NCBI GenBank assembly: GCA_963575745.1 | Contig: CAUYUJ010000049.1 | Span: 1-64,000, forward strand | Direction of reading: 5' to 3' | DNA: 64,000 nt | From: Prorocentrum cordatum | Taxonomy: Eukaryota | Shown: positions 1 through 10,680 of the stretch, piece by piece | How the letters are laid out: each line of letters starts with the position of its first letter | Position numbering within the stretch: the stretch's first letter is position 1 | Made by a program: the position numbers and the translations under genes | The notes under the pieces: model-generated | The model's database searches: none | Told to the model about the DNA's origin: nothing | Seen by the model: only the letters and a program-made list of their open reading frames with translations

Positions 1-469
1 TCCTCCGTCCTCCGTCTTCCGTCCTCCGTCCTCCTCCTCCTCCTCCTCCTCCTCCTCCTACTCCCCCGCCACCTCCTCCCCCACTCCCTCTATCCTCCCC
101 CTCCTCGTCTTCGGCCTCGCCTGCCGAACCCCTTGACAACCAACACGGCAAGGTGGGCTGTCGTTTTTTCTGTATTGTCATCGTTCACTTGTTCAGCCCG
201 CGATTTCGTTCGATCCGCGCGCCCCCACATTTGCCCACGAACCTCCACCCGTGCCCCTCCCTCCGACATTCCCCCCTGCTCTTCCGATGCCTGCGCTATT
301 TCGTGTTTCCACTGCGCGCCGCCTGCCTCTAATGACCGTGCGACCCTGGTCTGTGCCTACGAAGAGTAGGTCGCCGGCCGTCGGCGCCTTGCAAAGGGGC
401 TGCAGCCACTGCAGCCAAGCGATGGCAAAAGGAAAGAAGACAAGAGGATACTGTCAGTTTCTTCCTTCG

Positions 470-625
470 ATCCCCTCTTCATCCCGTTCCTCCTGGGTCC
501 TCTCCATCCACCATCCATCCTTCATCTCTCCCTCCCTCCCTCCCTCCCTCCCCCCCTCCGTCCTCCTCCTCCTCCTCTTCCTCCTCCTCTTTCTCTTTCT
601 CCTCCTCCTCCTCCTCCTCCTCCCT
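470..625. repeat. Pyrimidine-rich (CCT)n/(CT)n low-complexity tract (similar tract at 1-110)
   Basis: Directly visible CCT/CTC runs. Confidence 0.9.
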
Positions 626-859
626 CGCCGCTCGTTCCCTGAAAGGGAGGAGGGGGGGAAGACAAATGGGATATGGGCGCCAACAGGAAAACCATGCTAG
701 GGAAGGGGAAAGCGGAAACGTACAAGGTTGGAGCGTTACTGCGGTGTTTCGGTCGGCGCAACAAAAAACCACACGGTTTTGGACGGCTGGGCGATTGTCC
801 AGTACGGAGCGGGCATCACGGGCACGGGCGGGTCCTGAGGAAACCGATGAAGGCGGCGG

Positions 860-1850
860 CGCGACAACATCATGTACAGCTCGAGTACGGTGCCTCAATC
901 AACTCTGTTTTTCTCTCTAATCCCACCAACCTACGGAGCAAAAGCTGGCGCAGTGCACGTGCCACCAGGAGGTGCCCTCTCTGCTTAACGGGCGTGCCGA
1001 TCGCGAAGAGCTACCGAAGCGACGATCGAATCTGCGCGTTCGCTGCGCAGCATGCCATTGCGGGCCCAAGCCGTTGATTCTTTACGCGCGTTGTAACTTA
1101 ATCGACGTCAGGAAGCGAAACGGCCCGAGCCTACGAGACGCAAGTCCAAGCGCAGAAGCCCGGTAACCGCGCAACCAGCGCCACTGCCCGCCGGCCTGCG
1201 CCCAGTGTCCGACCAACTTTGACAACGCCGAGCTGGGAAACTGATTATTGAGGTTCTCCCCGGTGCACATGGCGGTGTTGGCAAAAAGACGGCCACCACA
1301 TCCAATATGATAACAAGGGATGCCACTCCCATTCGTCATCAGGCATGTGCACATGCCACGCGTGTCGCGCCACGGCAAGTCGCCGAGCTATTTCGCCCGA
1401 CGCTGGTCGGCCAGCCACCGCAAGTGTCTGGTCATGCTGATCGCGGACGGCGGCTTGACCGGCCCGTGCGCAAGGCCGAGGGCACGGCCGCGCCGTCGAA
1501 GAGGAGCTCTGCCGCGGCCGCATGCCCCCCCTTCTCCTCGAAACCTCCGGGCCTCGCCGGGGCCGCGCCTCGCCCCGTAGAACGCCCGCGCGAAGGCTTG
1601 CTGCCTGTCGGCGGCCCCGGCCGGCCAGCAACTCCGAGCCGAAACTCGATGTGGATGCCAGCATGTGTGCGCGTGTGGCCAGACCACCGCGCCTAACAAA
1701 TGGCAGATCTCCTCGCCGCTCTGGCGAGGCCGGCCCGTCCTCGTGCGCTGATCCTCTCGCTCCGCATCATGGCTCCTCGCGCTGGAACGGACCGTCGCAG
1801 GGCGCCCGCAGCCCCCCGGCGCGCTCCATGGCCGGGTGGGCGACGCGGGC
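860..1850 (+). pseudogene. Heavily decayed DDE transposase relic, Zator-like
   Basis: Colinear degenerate motifs across frameshifts: SINSVFLSNPTNLRSKSWR..CPLCL (about 895-985), CP(D)-NF..GKLII (about 1203-1250), CLVMLIADGG-D (about 1424-1460), GSSRWNGP..ARSPPARSMAG (about 1770-1835). These resemble the Zator motifs LPDHDF..KL, DGGPD and APG.S..N.VER..APLS..L.G. Confidence 0.4.
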
Positions 1851-4800
1851 CCTGACCGTCTGCATTGAAGACGGCGCGGCTGGGCTGCGTGATGCAACGG
1901 AACATCACTTCGCCCTGGCCCCCAGCAAGGTTGCGCCGCGCGCCGCCGCGCGTTGTTGGACGAGGCGCGCGTAGGCATCTGCGCGCGTCAAACGCGCGAA
2001 CTGGTCTGACAGTGAACCTTCCGCCTTCGCGTTCGCAGGTTCGACGTGCTCAAGTGCGACGAACGCGGCGACGTGCTCGTCCTGCGCCATCGCCGCCGAA
2101 CCGACGTCGCCAACCTGCTGCAAAATGACGCAATTCGCTAAGTATTCGATTCGTGTTTTCGAACAGATGCTCGACGTCGGCGACCTGCTGGTCAACCTGT
2201 TTCCATTGACCAGATGTCTCGAGATCGCCCGCGCGCCCGCTCAAAATCGCAGCCGCTCCCGCGCTTGAGGGGCCAAGAGTCGCGCCGTGAGACCTGACGT
2301 GGCATCGCGCTCTTTATCTTAATTTGGGCTTGCCGCCCCACTGCGAAACTTCGGGTCCCGAGGTGCATCGCCCGGGGCCCGGGGGGGGCCGACAAATCGG
2401 CAGGGCGCAACTGGGCGCCGTTCTACTCCACGCGTCGCGCGGCATCGCCTGAGGGCGAACAACTCGCACGGTGCTCGAGCCGTTGCGCGGCAGCGCAAGG
2501 CAGCAACGCAGAGAGGCGAAACCAGTCAAGCGGCAACGCGCGGGGGCGACACATACAGACCGTTGACTCGCCACGCGGCATCGCATGGATCGGGCGCGCG
2601 GCGTTCGACTCGTCGCGCGGCAACGCAGGGAAATGCAAAACGCGCGGGATCCGGCTGCGCTCGCGACGGCGACAACGACGACGAGAACGAACAAGGCGCC
2701 CCCGCCCGCGCGCGCGCCCGCGCGCCAATCCGCGCCTCCGCCCGCCCACTCGCGCCGCGCGCCTGCTCGCCGGTCCACCCGCCCACTCGCCCGCCCGCCC
2801 GCCCGCCCGCCCGCTCGCCCGCCTGCCCGCGCGCCCGCGACCCTCGCGCGCCTGTTCGCCTGTTCGCCCGCCCGCCCGCCCGCTCGCTCGCCTGCCAGAT
2901 CGCCCGCCCGCGCGCCCGCCAGCCCGCGCGCGCGCCTGCGCGCGCTGACGGCGACGACGGCCATCTTGCGGACGCGCGCGATGCAAACAAACTGGTTTGG
3001 CCGCATGCATCCCCCCTCTTCCTGCGCACCCAGCCTCTCAATTCTAAGTCTACAGTCTACAAGTCCACCTCCTTCTTGGGGGGGCTTCTATTCACGCTGG
3101 CTCGCGGAATTCGCCGTCGACGGCGCCCTCTATGTCAGCGCCGCGCCGCAAGCGCCGCCGCGAGAACTTTCGCGCCCGCGGGCAACTCGCCCGCGCGAGC
3201 GAACCGCGAGGGCGCGCCGAGCGAGAGCGCCGCCCCTGAGTTCAGGGCCCCCCAGGGCGTCTCACACAAAAATTGCGAGGAGGTATCGACCGGGGGCCGC
3301 CGTCGTCGCCGGCGGGCTTTCACCCGCGCGACTTGCGAGGGGGCATCGGGCGAGGCCGCGGGCCCTGAGCGCGGGGGCGCACGCGACCAGGGCGCGCGCG
3401 TGAAAAAATATGCGGAGGCATCAAGCAATGGCCGTCGTCGTCGTAGTTGGGCCCCCGTCTATTTGCCCGACTTGCGAAGACTCTCCGGCAAACGCGCCTC
3501 GAAGCGACTTGCGTCTTGGGCCCGGCCCGGCTCGAGCAGCGCAGGAACAAGTGGCTGCGTCGCTGTCCAGCTGAGGCTGGAATCCTCCGTCCAAAAATCA
3601 AGCGGGGGAGGTAACGCATGAAATGCTTGTTATCTGAGCCGCCCGACTGCTGCGCGACGCCGCGCGCCCCGGCAGCCCCCCCCCCCCCGCCGCGAGCGGC
3701 GGGGCGAGGCGGCCGCGCCGCGGAAGGTCGCTACCCGCTGCAAAGACGCCACGCTGCCACCAGGCAGATGACACGGGGCTCGAGGCCCGAGCAAAGGAGG
3801 GGCAGTGGCAGTGGCCACTGGCAACGCCGCCGCGCCATTGCCCGCTGCCTCCCTGCCGGGCGCCCAGCCGCTGCGACCGCCTCGACGCGCGAGGGCAGGG
3901 GCGGCTTGCCGCGGCAAGGGCCTGCTGCCCACCTCGGGGAGCCACGCGCCCCACGCGCGCGGCCCGCGAGGAAGGGGGGCGGCCGGGTGCGAGGAGAGAC
4001 CGGGCTTGGCAGCAGCGGCCAACTCCAAATCAATACCATCGCCACCCATAGCTGCGACCGCTGAAGGAGCCGCCTCGCGTGAATGGGGGGGGGGGCTGCG
4101 GGTGCGGCCCCAGGCGGCAGCGCGGCGGCCGCCCCGCCCGAGCTGGGCTGCGCGCGGCCCGCCGCCGCGACGGAGCGCCTGCCTCGCAAGAAAATGCGCG
4201 CACCGCGGCGCCCATCGCCCCCTCCCCCCCCCCCGCGAGGGCCCCACATCTCTTGGCGACCTCGCGATCCACGGGCTTGCCAGTGGAAGCAGCGCGCGCT
4301 TCCCTGCAGGGGCGCTGCAGCCCGGCATCGAGGCAATTGCGCGATGGGGCGCCACCGCGCTGTCAACGATGGAAGAGGCGACATGCCGCCCCCCCCCAAG
4401 TCGACGAGGGCCCACTGTCATCGACGTAGATGTCGAGGTCTGCGCGCAGTGGGAGCCGGGTGGAATTGAACGCGCCCAGCGAGGAGACTCGAACGCGGGC
4501 GGTTGAAAGGCTGCACCCAGAACCCGCCCCTTCCCCACAAACTCGGGCCCCGCGAGGATGCCGCCCAGTGGCGGGAAACGGCCGCGCCGAAAAGCCAATA
4601 TTCGAATGCGAACGGTCGGGCGGAGGGGGCTGCGCTCCTTGCACTTGTCTTCGAGAATGCTGAGATCTTTCGTTTCGTAATAATTGCGCGCGTCGTGAAA
4701 ACCGGGCACGGAACTTCTTGAACCGAGGTGCCATGTTCGGCGCAAGTGCACTGCCGCCAAACAACATCGGCTGCTCCTCGATGCTCACCCGCCGCCCAGA

Positions 4801-5358
4801 ACCAACGGGGGCGTTCTTGCTCGCGGGCCGGGCTGAGGGGCCGCCGACGGCTGCCCCGCACTCGGTACCAAGTGCAAAACGCCCCCCCTCCCCCCCCCCC
4901 CCCTCCTCGGTCTGCAGCCGCACGTGCGCTTCGAGAGCAGCGCAAGGAGCGCCGCAGAAAGTCTTTCCTCTGAGAATCGGGATAAGATGACAAAGGGATT
5001 AGGGTCTCACGTTCACTCTGCTCAGTGGTAGAGGGGACGGGAAGAGACATAGATAAGACAGTAAGTAACCGGTAGGCGAATATACTCAGGAAAAGTAAGG
5101 GAGGAGGCCGGCCCGCCGACGAACGACGACGCGCGGCGGCCGAAGGCACGCTCGCTCCTGTTTCTCCTTCGAGCACAAACAGCTGCGGATCGGTACCGCA
5201 GGAACAGCACAGACAGTGCATTGCAAGGCAGGCAGTGAGAGAAGCAATATTATGATGAGGCGGAGAGGAGCATATTTCCCCCCCCGCGGCGGGCCTCGCA
5301 GGGCCCATCCAACCACAGCACCCCCAGCCTGTGCATATGTGCAACCACTGGAGCCAAC

Positions 5359-6860
5359 TAGGAGGAGTCGGCTTGCGGGGGGGGTCGGGCGCGCGGGAGG
5401 CGGGCGGAGGCTTCGCCGGCGCCCCGCGCCCCCGGGGGGCTCCATGTTGGATTTCCCAGGCTGCGCCAAGCGCGCGCGCGTTGCTTGCCCGCGCGCTCAC
5501 ATTCGCGCACGCGCATCCTAAGAAACTATGACTTGGATCGGAAGCGGGCGACCACGGGCATGGGGCGCCTGTCAAGGCTGCTTCTGGGAAGCGATTGCTG
5601 CTGGCTCGACACGCGCGATATGCATGTAACGACTTGGAGGACGGGCGCTGCGCCGTCCAATCCAACGCGGCAATGGCGCGGTCCGGGGCGCGCGGCCGTC
5701 GCGGCGCACGGCGGCCGACGTGGCCGCATGGGGCGCGCGATCGGCCGCGCGGCATTTGCGGGCCATTCGGCCGACGCTGCCGGGTCGCCTTCGAACAGCC
5801 CGCCAGGAATACGCAAATGCGCAATGCGCCAGCGCGCCGCCAGGATATCGCCCTGAAAACAACCCGTTCACTCCGAACGCCGACTGCGCGCCTCGCTGAA
5901 CCAGCGAAGTCGCGCGGGGCGCCCGCGTCGCGGACCCGCCGCAATGAACTCGCGGGAGAAAGGCCTCTCTCCATGGGTTTTGGCACCGATTCTGGCCTAC
6001 TTCCCCGTTCTGGCCGATTCTGGTTCCATCGCCGATTCCTCCTTTGATTCCGTATTGATTCCGTACTGATTCTTTTGATTCTGCTAGAATCAGGGGTCGC
6101 AGTTGTGCCGATTTTGTTTTGATTCTGTATTGATTCCGTACTGATTCCTTTGATTCCCCTGTGCCCCGGGGGCCATCAGGCCGCGGCCCGAGCCCCCGCC
6201 TCGGCGGCGCGGTTTTTCCAGGAGCGCGGAAGAGTTTTGAAGGGGAGGGGGGCGGGGGGGGAGGCGGGGCGATTTTTGGGGCGCATCGGGCGGCCGAGCC
6301 GCAGATTTCCGGGCCCAGTGCGCGCGCCCAACATGGCAGGCGCGGGCGCGCGCGCGAGTTCTCGACCGTCGGCGCATCTGAAAGTTCATGCCCCGCCCCG
6401 CGCGCGGGAATGGAAACTTGCGCTGCGGTTTCCCATTGAACGCGCGGCCGTCGCCCCCCATGCTGCTCAGCGCGCAAAGCGCGCGAGCAGCATGGGGGGC
6501 TTTGCGTTCGCGCATGAGAAGTGCGCGGAACCGAACCGAACGGTCGGCGGCGCCCGCTCCTGCGCCGCGCGCGAGGCCATCGCGTCAGCGCGGGGGGCTA
6601 CAAGGGCCTGGGCCGTCGCCCTGGGGCGCAGGCACAGCGCGAGGCCAGCGCGGGTCTCTCGCGCCAAACATGCGCAACAAGGTCGGCCCGCCCGCCGGCT
6701 GGCGCTCGCGGGCGGCGCGACGCCCGCGCCGACTGCGAGGCCGACTGGGCCCGGAGGATTCCTGGGGGCCCCGGGAAGGGGCAGCTGGCCGCGATGGAAT
6801 CGGCGCGGTCGTTGGCGCCCCCCCCGCGCCCGCCCCCCCCCTGCAAGCCGACTCCTCCTA
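5359..6860. mobile_element. Non-autonomous hAT-type DNA transposon, 1502 bp
   Basis: TIR TAGGAGGAGTCGGCTTGC at 5359-5376 and its exact reverse complement at 6843-6860, extending imperfectly to about 35 bp. Perfect 8-bp TSD GAGCCAAC at 5351-5358 and 6861-6868. TAG..CTA termini with an 8-bp TSD are typical of hAT. Confidence 0.9.
6043..6156. repeat. Two ~37-bp direct repeats built of TGATTC units inside the hAT-type element
   Basis: TTGATTCCGTATTGATTCCGTACTGATTCTTTTGATT versus TTGATTCTGTATTGATTCCGTACTGATTCCTTTGATT. Confidence 0.85.
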
Positions 6861-6968
6861 GAGCCAACCGCAAAAAGTTTTACAGCTCAGCGGTGGCTGC
6901 CAGGGGGCCGAGGGCCGAAGAGGCCCGACGACTCCCACCATCAATTAAATAAGTTCCCCCCGCCGGTT

Positions 6969-7021
6969 CGACTTTGTCGATCGGTAGAGCTCTCACGGCC
7001 GATGCGACTTTGTCGATCGGT
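6969..7021. repeat. 17-bp perfect direct repeat next to the putative PPT
   Basis: CGACTTTGTCGATCGGT at 6969-6985 and 7005-7021, with a 19-nt spacer. Confidence 0.9.
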
Positions 7022-7255
7022 GAAACCTGCAATGGCTAAGTCACGCGGGCCGGGCCTAACTCAGTTCTTCCCGCGGTTTGTCCCCCGATGGTGGCGTCGG
7101 AGGACTCGGACGTGAGGACGACGAGCCCCCCTGTCTGCCTCCTTTCCCATGGGGCGAGCAGGATCTATATCCTTCGCCACGGCCAGCGTGATGCGCTGTT
7201 CTGTTGTGCTTGTCTTTGTTCTTAGACTCTTTCCCCTTCGTCGGGAAGTAGTGGT

Positions 7256-9109
7256 TTAATCTGTGAAAGACAATATATGCCACGTTCGTGACCACCGCAT
7301 ATTTTTGGTCATCCACCAGATGTGGTCACGATGAACGTAGTATCCATCTTGGACGTCATTTGTGAAGTGCGGGTAGTGGACCAGCGGGTCGTAACCAGCA
7401 GCGCCGCGGCTGACATCCATGGCTCCATCGCGCGCGCGGGGTGGCCTCGACCAATCCCGTGCGTCAACCGACGAATACCATGAGTACTCTTCGCCTGCCG
7501 AAGCGGCTGGGCCGCTGGCAGAACACGGAGATTCAGTGACTTCGTCGCGAGCCCGATCGTCTTGGACGTCGGGTCTACGTGGTGGAGGTGGCGGAGTCGG
7601 CCTTGCTTGTGCCAAATCATCTGGTCGCGTCGGCCCCTCCAGATCGGCTTTGCCGTCGGGGGGCCCAGCGGCGCCTCCACTCTCGTCAATTTTTGTCTCT
7701 CGATCTCGGATAAATGTGATATTTTCCCTTGCAGCGGTAGCAATTGGAATGCCAAATTTTCCACGCGCAATACGAAAAGGGCCTTCGTCCTTATCTTGTA
7801 GCTTCATTTCCTTGTCCTCGCACTTCTCTAGGAGCCAATAAATGGCCCCCTGCAACCTTGTGCCCTGACGACGGATGTCTGTGCGGACCTGTCTGCCCAA
7901 TTTACGGGCCCATTCCTCAATGAGATCATCCGTGTGAACCGCAGCGCGAATGCGACAATCAAGGGCGCATGCGTCCTTATGTCGCTTTCCATGAACGCGG
8001 TCTGAGCTCGCGCCCGGGGCAAGAGCGGCACTCCCAGGGTACGCAATGTAATGCCCCTCGGTAATAAAGCTACTAATGATCTCACGAATGACAGCGATCA
8101 CGCGCAACATACGAAGACCTAATTGCATTTCCGAAACTGGAACTTTCCAGTTCCCATTAATGACGTCCCGCACAATATCTGGGATTTCATGCGTTACTTC
8201 ACCCGACAGTCGTAATCTGTTGGGGTATCTTGTGCCCGGGCGGGCGCTGCTGTATTCCATTACGTACTGTGCAGCCACTGCCTTGGCTTCGAGCTGGGCC
8301 AAAGTAATATTCAAAGAATTGTCTTCGCAATGTGAGTTTGTGTGCCCATCGAGTTGATCGAGATCAATCGTCCCCTTAATTATCAGCTCGGCCTTGGACC
8401 CGCTGACTGCAGCGAAGTCAAGCGTCACTTGCAAATTCTCCTCGCTTGCCGTCTCGGTTGCACCGGCGGCAGATTGGACCAGTCCCGAAACCAGACGGTG
8501 GTCAGAACATAAATTAACACGCCTGGTAATGGACCGTGAAACACGGCGGGGATCTGCCCAGGCAACCGGTGGACGTCCACGAGGGCTGTGCCCTGTGGTG
8601 TCCATGGCGTTGTCCTGTTCAACGGGCAGCCACGGTGCTGCCCCAGTTCTCGCGCTTTCCAATGTCTGCAGCGTTGGCACAAAGATTCCCTGATTGTTCA
8701 CTGTGCGCTCCCATCTGTCCCAACCTTCCACTGGTTCATGAAGTGCGTCGGGTGCTTCTGGCCACTCAAAGGCGGCCAGAGCAGGGCAAGACATTGGGCG
8801 CGCATACTGATCAATGTCCGTTGCCCAAAGCAATGGCCACCAGTCTGCGATCGGAGGAACTGTTGTCCTTTGTCTCCAAGCCAAGTGTGCGAGCCACTTG
8901 ACGAATCGCCTCTTCAAGGGCTCGAGGTACTGAAAGAAAGGACCGTGACGCGCCGGCGGCTGGGCCGCGGCGTGGTCTGGAATCCAGGCAGGATAACTAC
9001 CTGTCCGACTGTTTCCAAAGGTTTGTCCTGAAGCAGCCAAGCGTAAATATTGATTACCGGTTGTCCACTTGCGCTCTTGCTGCAGATTGTCGTTGATGTT
9101 GTATATCAC
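7256..9109 (-). CDS. Uncharacterised 617-aa ORF, terminal part of the cargo polyprotein
   Basis: Long, compositionally complex ORF that continues by frameshift from 9106-9303. No family recognised. Confidence 0.55.
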   Translation of the reverse strand: MIYNINDNLQQERKWTTGNQYLRLAASGQTFGNSRTGSYPAWIPDHAAAQPPARHGPFFQYLEPLKRRFVKWLAHLAWRQRTTVPPIADWWPLLWATDIDQYARPMSCPALAAFEWPEAPDALHEPVEGWDRWERTVNNQGIFVPTLQTLESARTGAAPWLPVEQDNAMDTTGHSPRGRPPVAWADPRRVSRSITRRVNLCSDHRLVSGLVQSAAGATETASEENLQVTLDFAAVSGSKAELIIKGTIDLDQLDGHTNSHCEDNSLNITLAQLEAKAVAAQYVMEYSSARPGTRYPNRLRLSGEVTHEIPDIVRDVINGNWKVPVSEMQLGLRMLRVIAVIREIISSFITEGHYIAYPGSAALAPGASSDRVHGKRHKDACALDCRIRAAVHTDDLIEEWARKLGRQVRTDIRRQGTRLQGAIYWLLEKCEDKEMKLQDKDEGPFRIARGKFGIPIATAARENITFIRDRETKIDESGGAAGPPDGKADLEGPTRPDDLAQARPTPPPPPRRPDVQDDRARDEVTESPCSASGPAASAGEEYSWYSSVDARDWSRPPRARDGAMDVSRGAAGYDPLVHYPHFTNDVQDGYYVHRDHIWWMTKNMRWSRTWHILSFTD

Positions 9110-9569
9110 ATCCGCAGAACTCTCCTTTGTCGTTTTGCACGCGCTCCAGTCCAGCCGGCGCGTTCATTAGGAAGCTCACGGGGTTTATCAACGCGCAACG
9201 AAATGCCATGTCCCTTAAGGGATTTCGGGATAACTTTATCTTTCCATGTCTGGAGCAAGTAGTCGTGAGTAACTCGGAATGCTGCAGGAGGGTCGATGTC
9301 CAAAGCCAGTCCTCACCCAGTGAAAATTAGCGCACAGGAACCGACCGTCGTCCGTCCATGAGATAGATTGGACGAGTTCTTGCGCCTCGGGTGACAATTG
9401 AGGCATGTGGTCTGAGATCAAAGACAACATCTCGTCCGTGTGAATCCAACCGAGCATTGAATTGTCATTAAAATCCACCTCGTACGACGCCCACTCATGG
9501 TTGAAAACGATGGACCAAGAAATTTGCTTATCTCTAGTGTCCTCCAAGTTTCCAACTTTAACAAGGGTG

Positions 9570-10680
9570 CCGGCTCTGCCAATGTCGGTGAACTTCGGCA
9601 CCCCACGGGACACGAGCGTCCCATCCTGGCAAATCCTATGCGAAAAGCAAGTGAGAGCCCAGCCGTTGAAAACAATAATAAACGGCCAGGAGCCCCTGTG
9701 ATTCGGAAGCTGATCCCACAGATGGACTCTGTCCTCTGCGGGCCCTGCTCCGACCGATGGCGGCTCTCCTTGTTGCGCGACATTGCCCATAGACAAACTC
9801 TCTTGCGGGGACAGGTTCATCATACCTCCGTTGGCTGAGCCACGAAGAAAGGTGATCTTCCTCTCGCATGTTCGGATTCTTCTTGGTCGGGAGAAGCCTC
9901 AACAACTCGTAATCCGCCTCGAGGCAAAGCCCCGAGTCTCTCTTTGGGAACTGAACTTCTCCGACTGTGGACTCTAGTAGTGTCTTGAAGTCGGTGATAT
10001 GGAGAAGGGGGCCGCGACTCCTGGCTTGGCCAGGGTCATAAGGGACATGCGTTCTCTCAATTGAAGCAACAAAAGTGGAGTGTCCCTGGCAGGCTCGATA
10101 AAAAAAAGGAATTGGAATTGCATTCCTCTCCCTCAGTTGATAGGGCCACGCCGTGTAGTTTTGCGACATGTTGTGGACTTTCGTGTCACCGATGCTGTCA
10201 CTGTCAGCAGGGAACATCCCAAGGACCTCCACAGTCCCTGGCTGCAGCGCGGCTAGGCCGTGCGCAGCGAGGGCATATGTCTGATATCTGAATCCGTCCT
10301 CGGCGATCTTCTCGACCAGGTCGCCAAAGTAGACCCAGCCTCCCGAGGACCTCGCGTAGTCAGAGCAGCGCCTCGCGAGATATGCTGCGCAATTACCGAT
10401 ATGCAGAGCGAACTCGTTTACACTGTAACTTTGAAGTCTCCAAAAGTCAGCACTGCCCAGGGCATCTGGATTATAAGGGTCATCGACCCCGACAACTAAT
10501 GGCTTCAGGCAATTAAAGGACTGCGGGGCAAATCCGCCAGGGATATCATCGGAGTAGAACTCAGCACGGAGAAGCTCTTGCGCCTGATCAAACGTACCTC
10601 ATCCCTGCTAAGATTGCTCAATAGTGCAGATATAAGATCTTCAACGAACTCTGCAACATATCTGAGAGTATTATCCCTCT
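9570..10680 (-). pseudogene. Tpt1/KptA-like RNA 2'-phosphotransferase domain, frameshifted
   Basis: YRACQGHS (about 10078-10100) matches the Tpt1 IRA.QGHS signature. It is followed in order by LLHIT (HGT-equivalent, about 10000), GL-PRGG across a frameshift, REEDHLS (R.H.H-equivalent, about 9850-9868) and IIVFN..F.HRICQDGTLVSRGVP..DI (NGV.L..P-equivalent, about 9590-9680). Confidence 0.75.

Larger units (their letters stand above)
4970..6952 (-). repeat. Putative 3' LTR (about 4970-5358 plus 6869-6952) interrupted by a hAT-type insertion
   Basis: Follows a minus-strand polypurine tract (GGCGGGGGGAA, 6954-6964) downstream of the 7.2-15.6 kb ORF region. Non-coding, balanced-composition sequence continues across the insertion. 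No partner LTR or clean TG..CA ends seen, and the left boundary is approximate. Confidence 0.35.

Noticed and set aside
2300..4900. Many long overlapping Arg/Ala/Gly/Pro-rich ORFs
   Set aside because: Open in several frames on both strands because of extreme GC content and low complexity. No motifs recognised; probably decayed repeats.
6043..6156. Possible CRISPR-like repeat
   Set aside because: Only two internally periodic copies, no unique spacer series, no cas genes, eukaryotic context.
6969..7021. Repeat-spacer-repeat as a mini CRISPR
   Set aside because: Only two 17-bp units with a 19-nt spacer; better explained as a retroelement 3' cis element.
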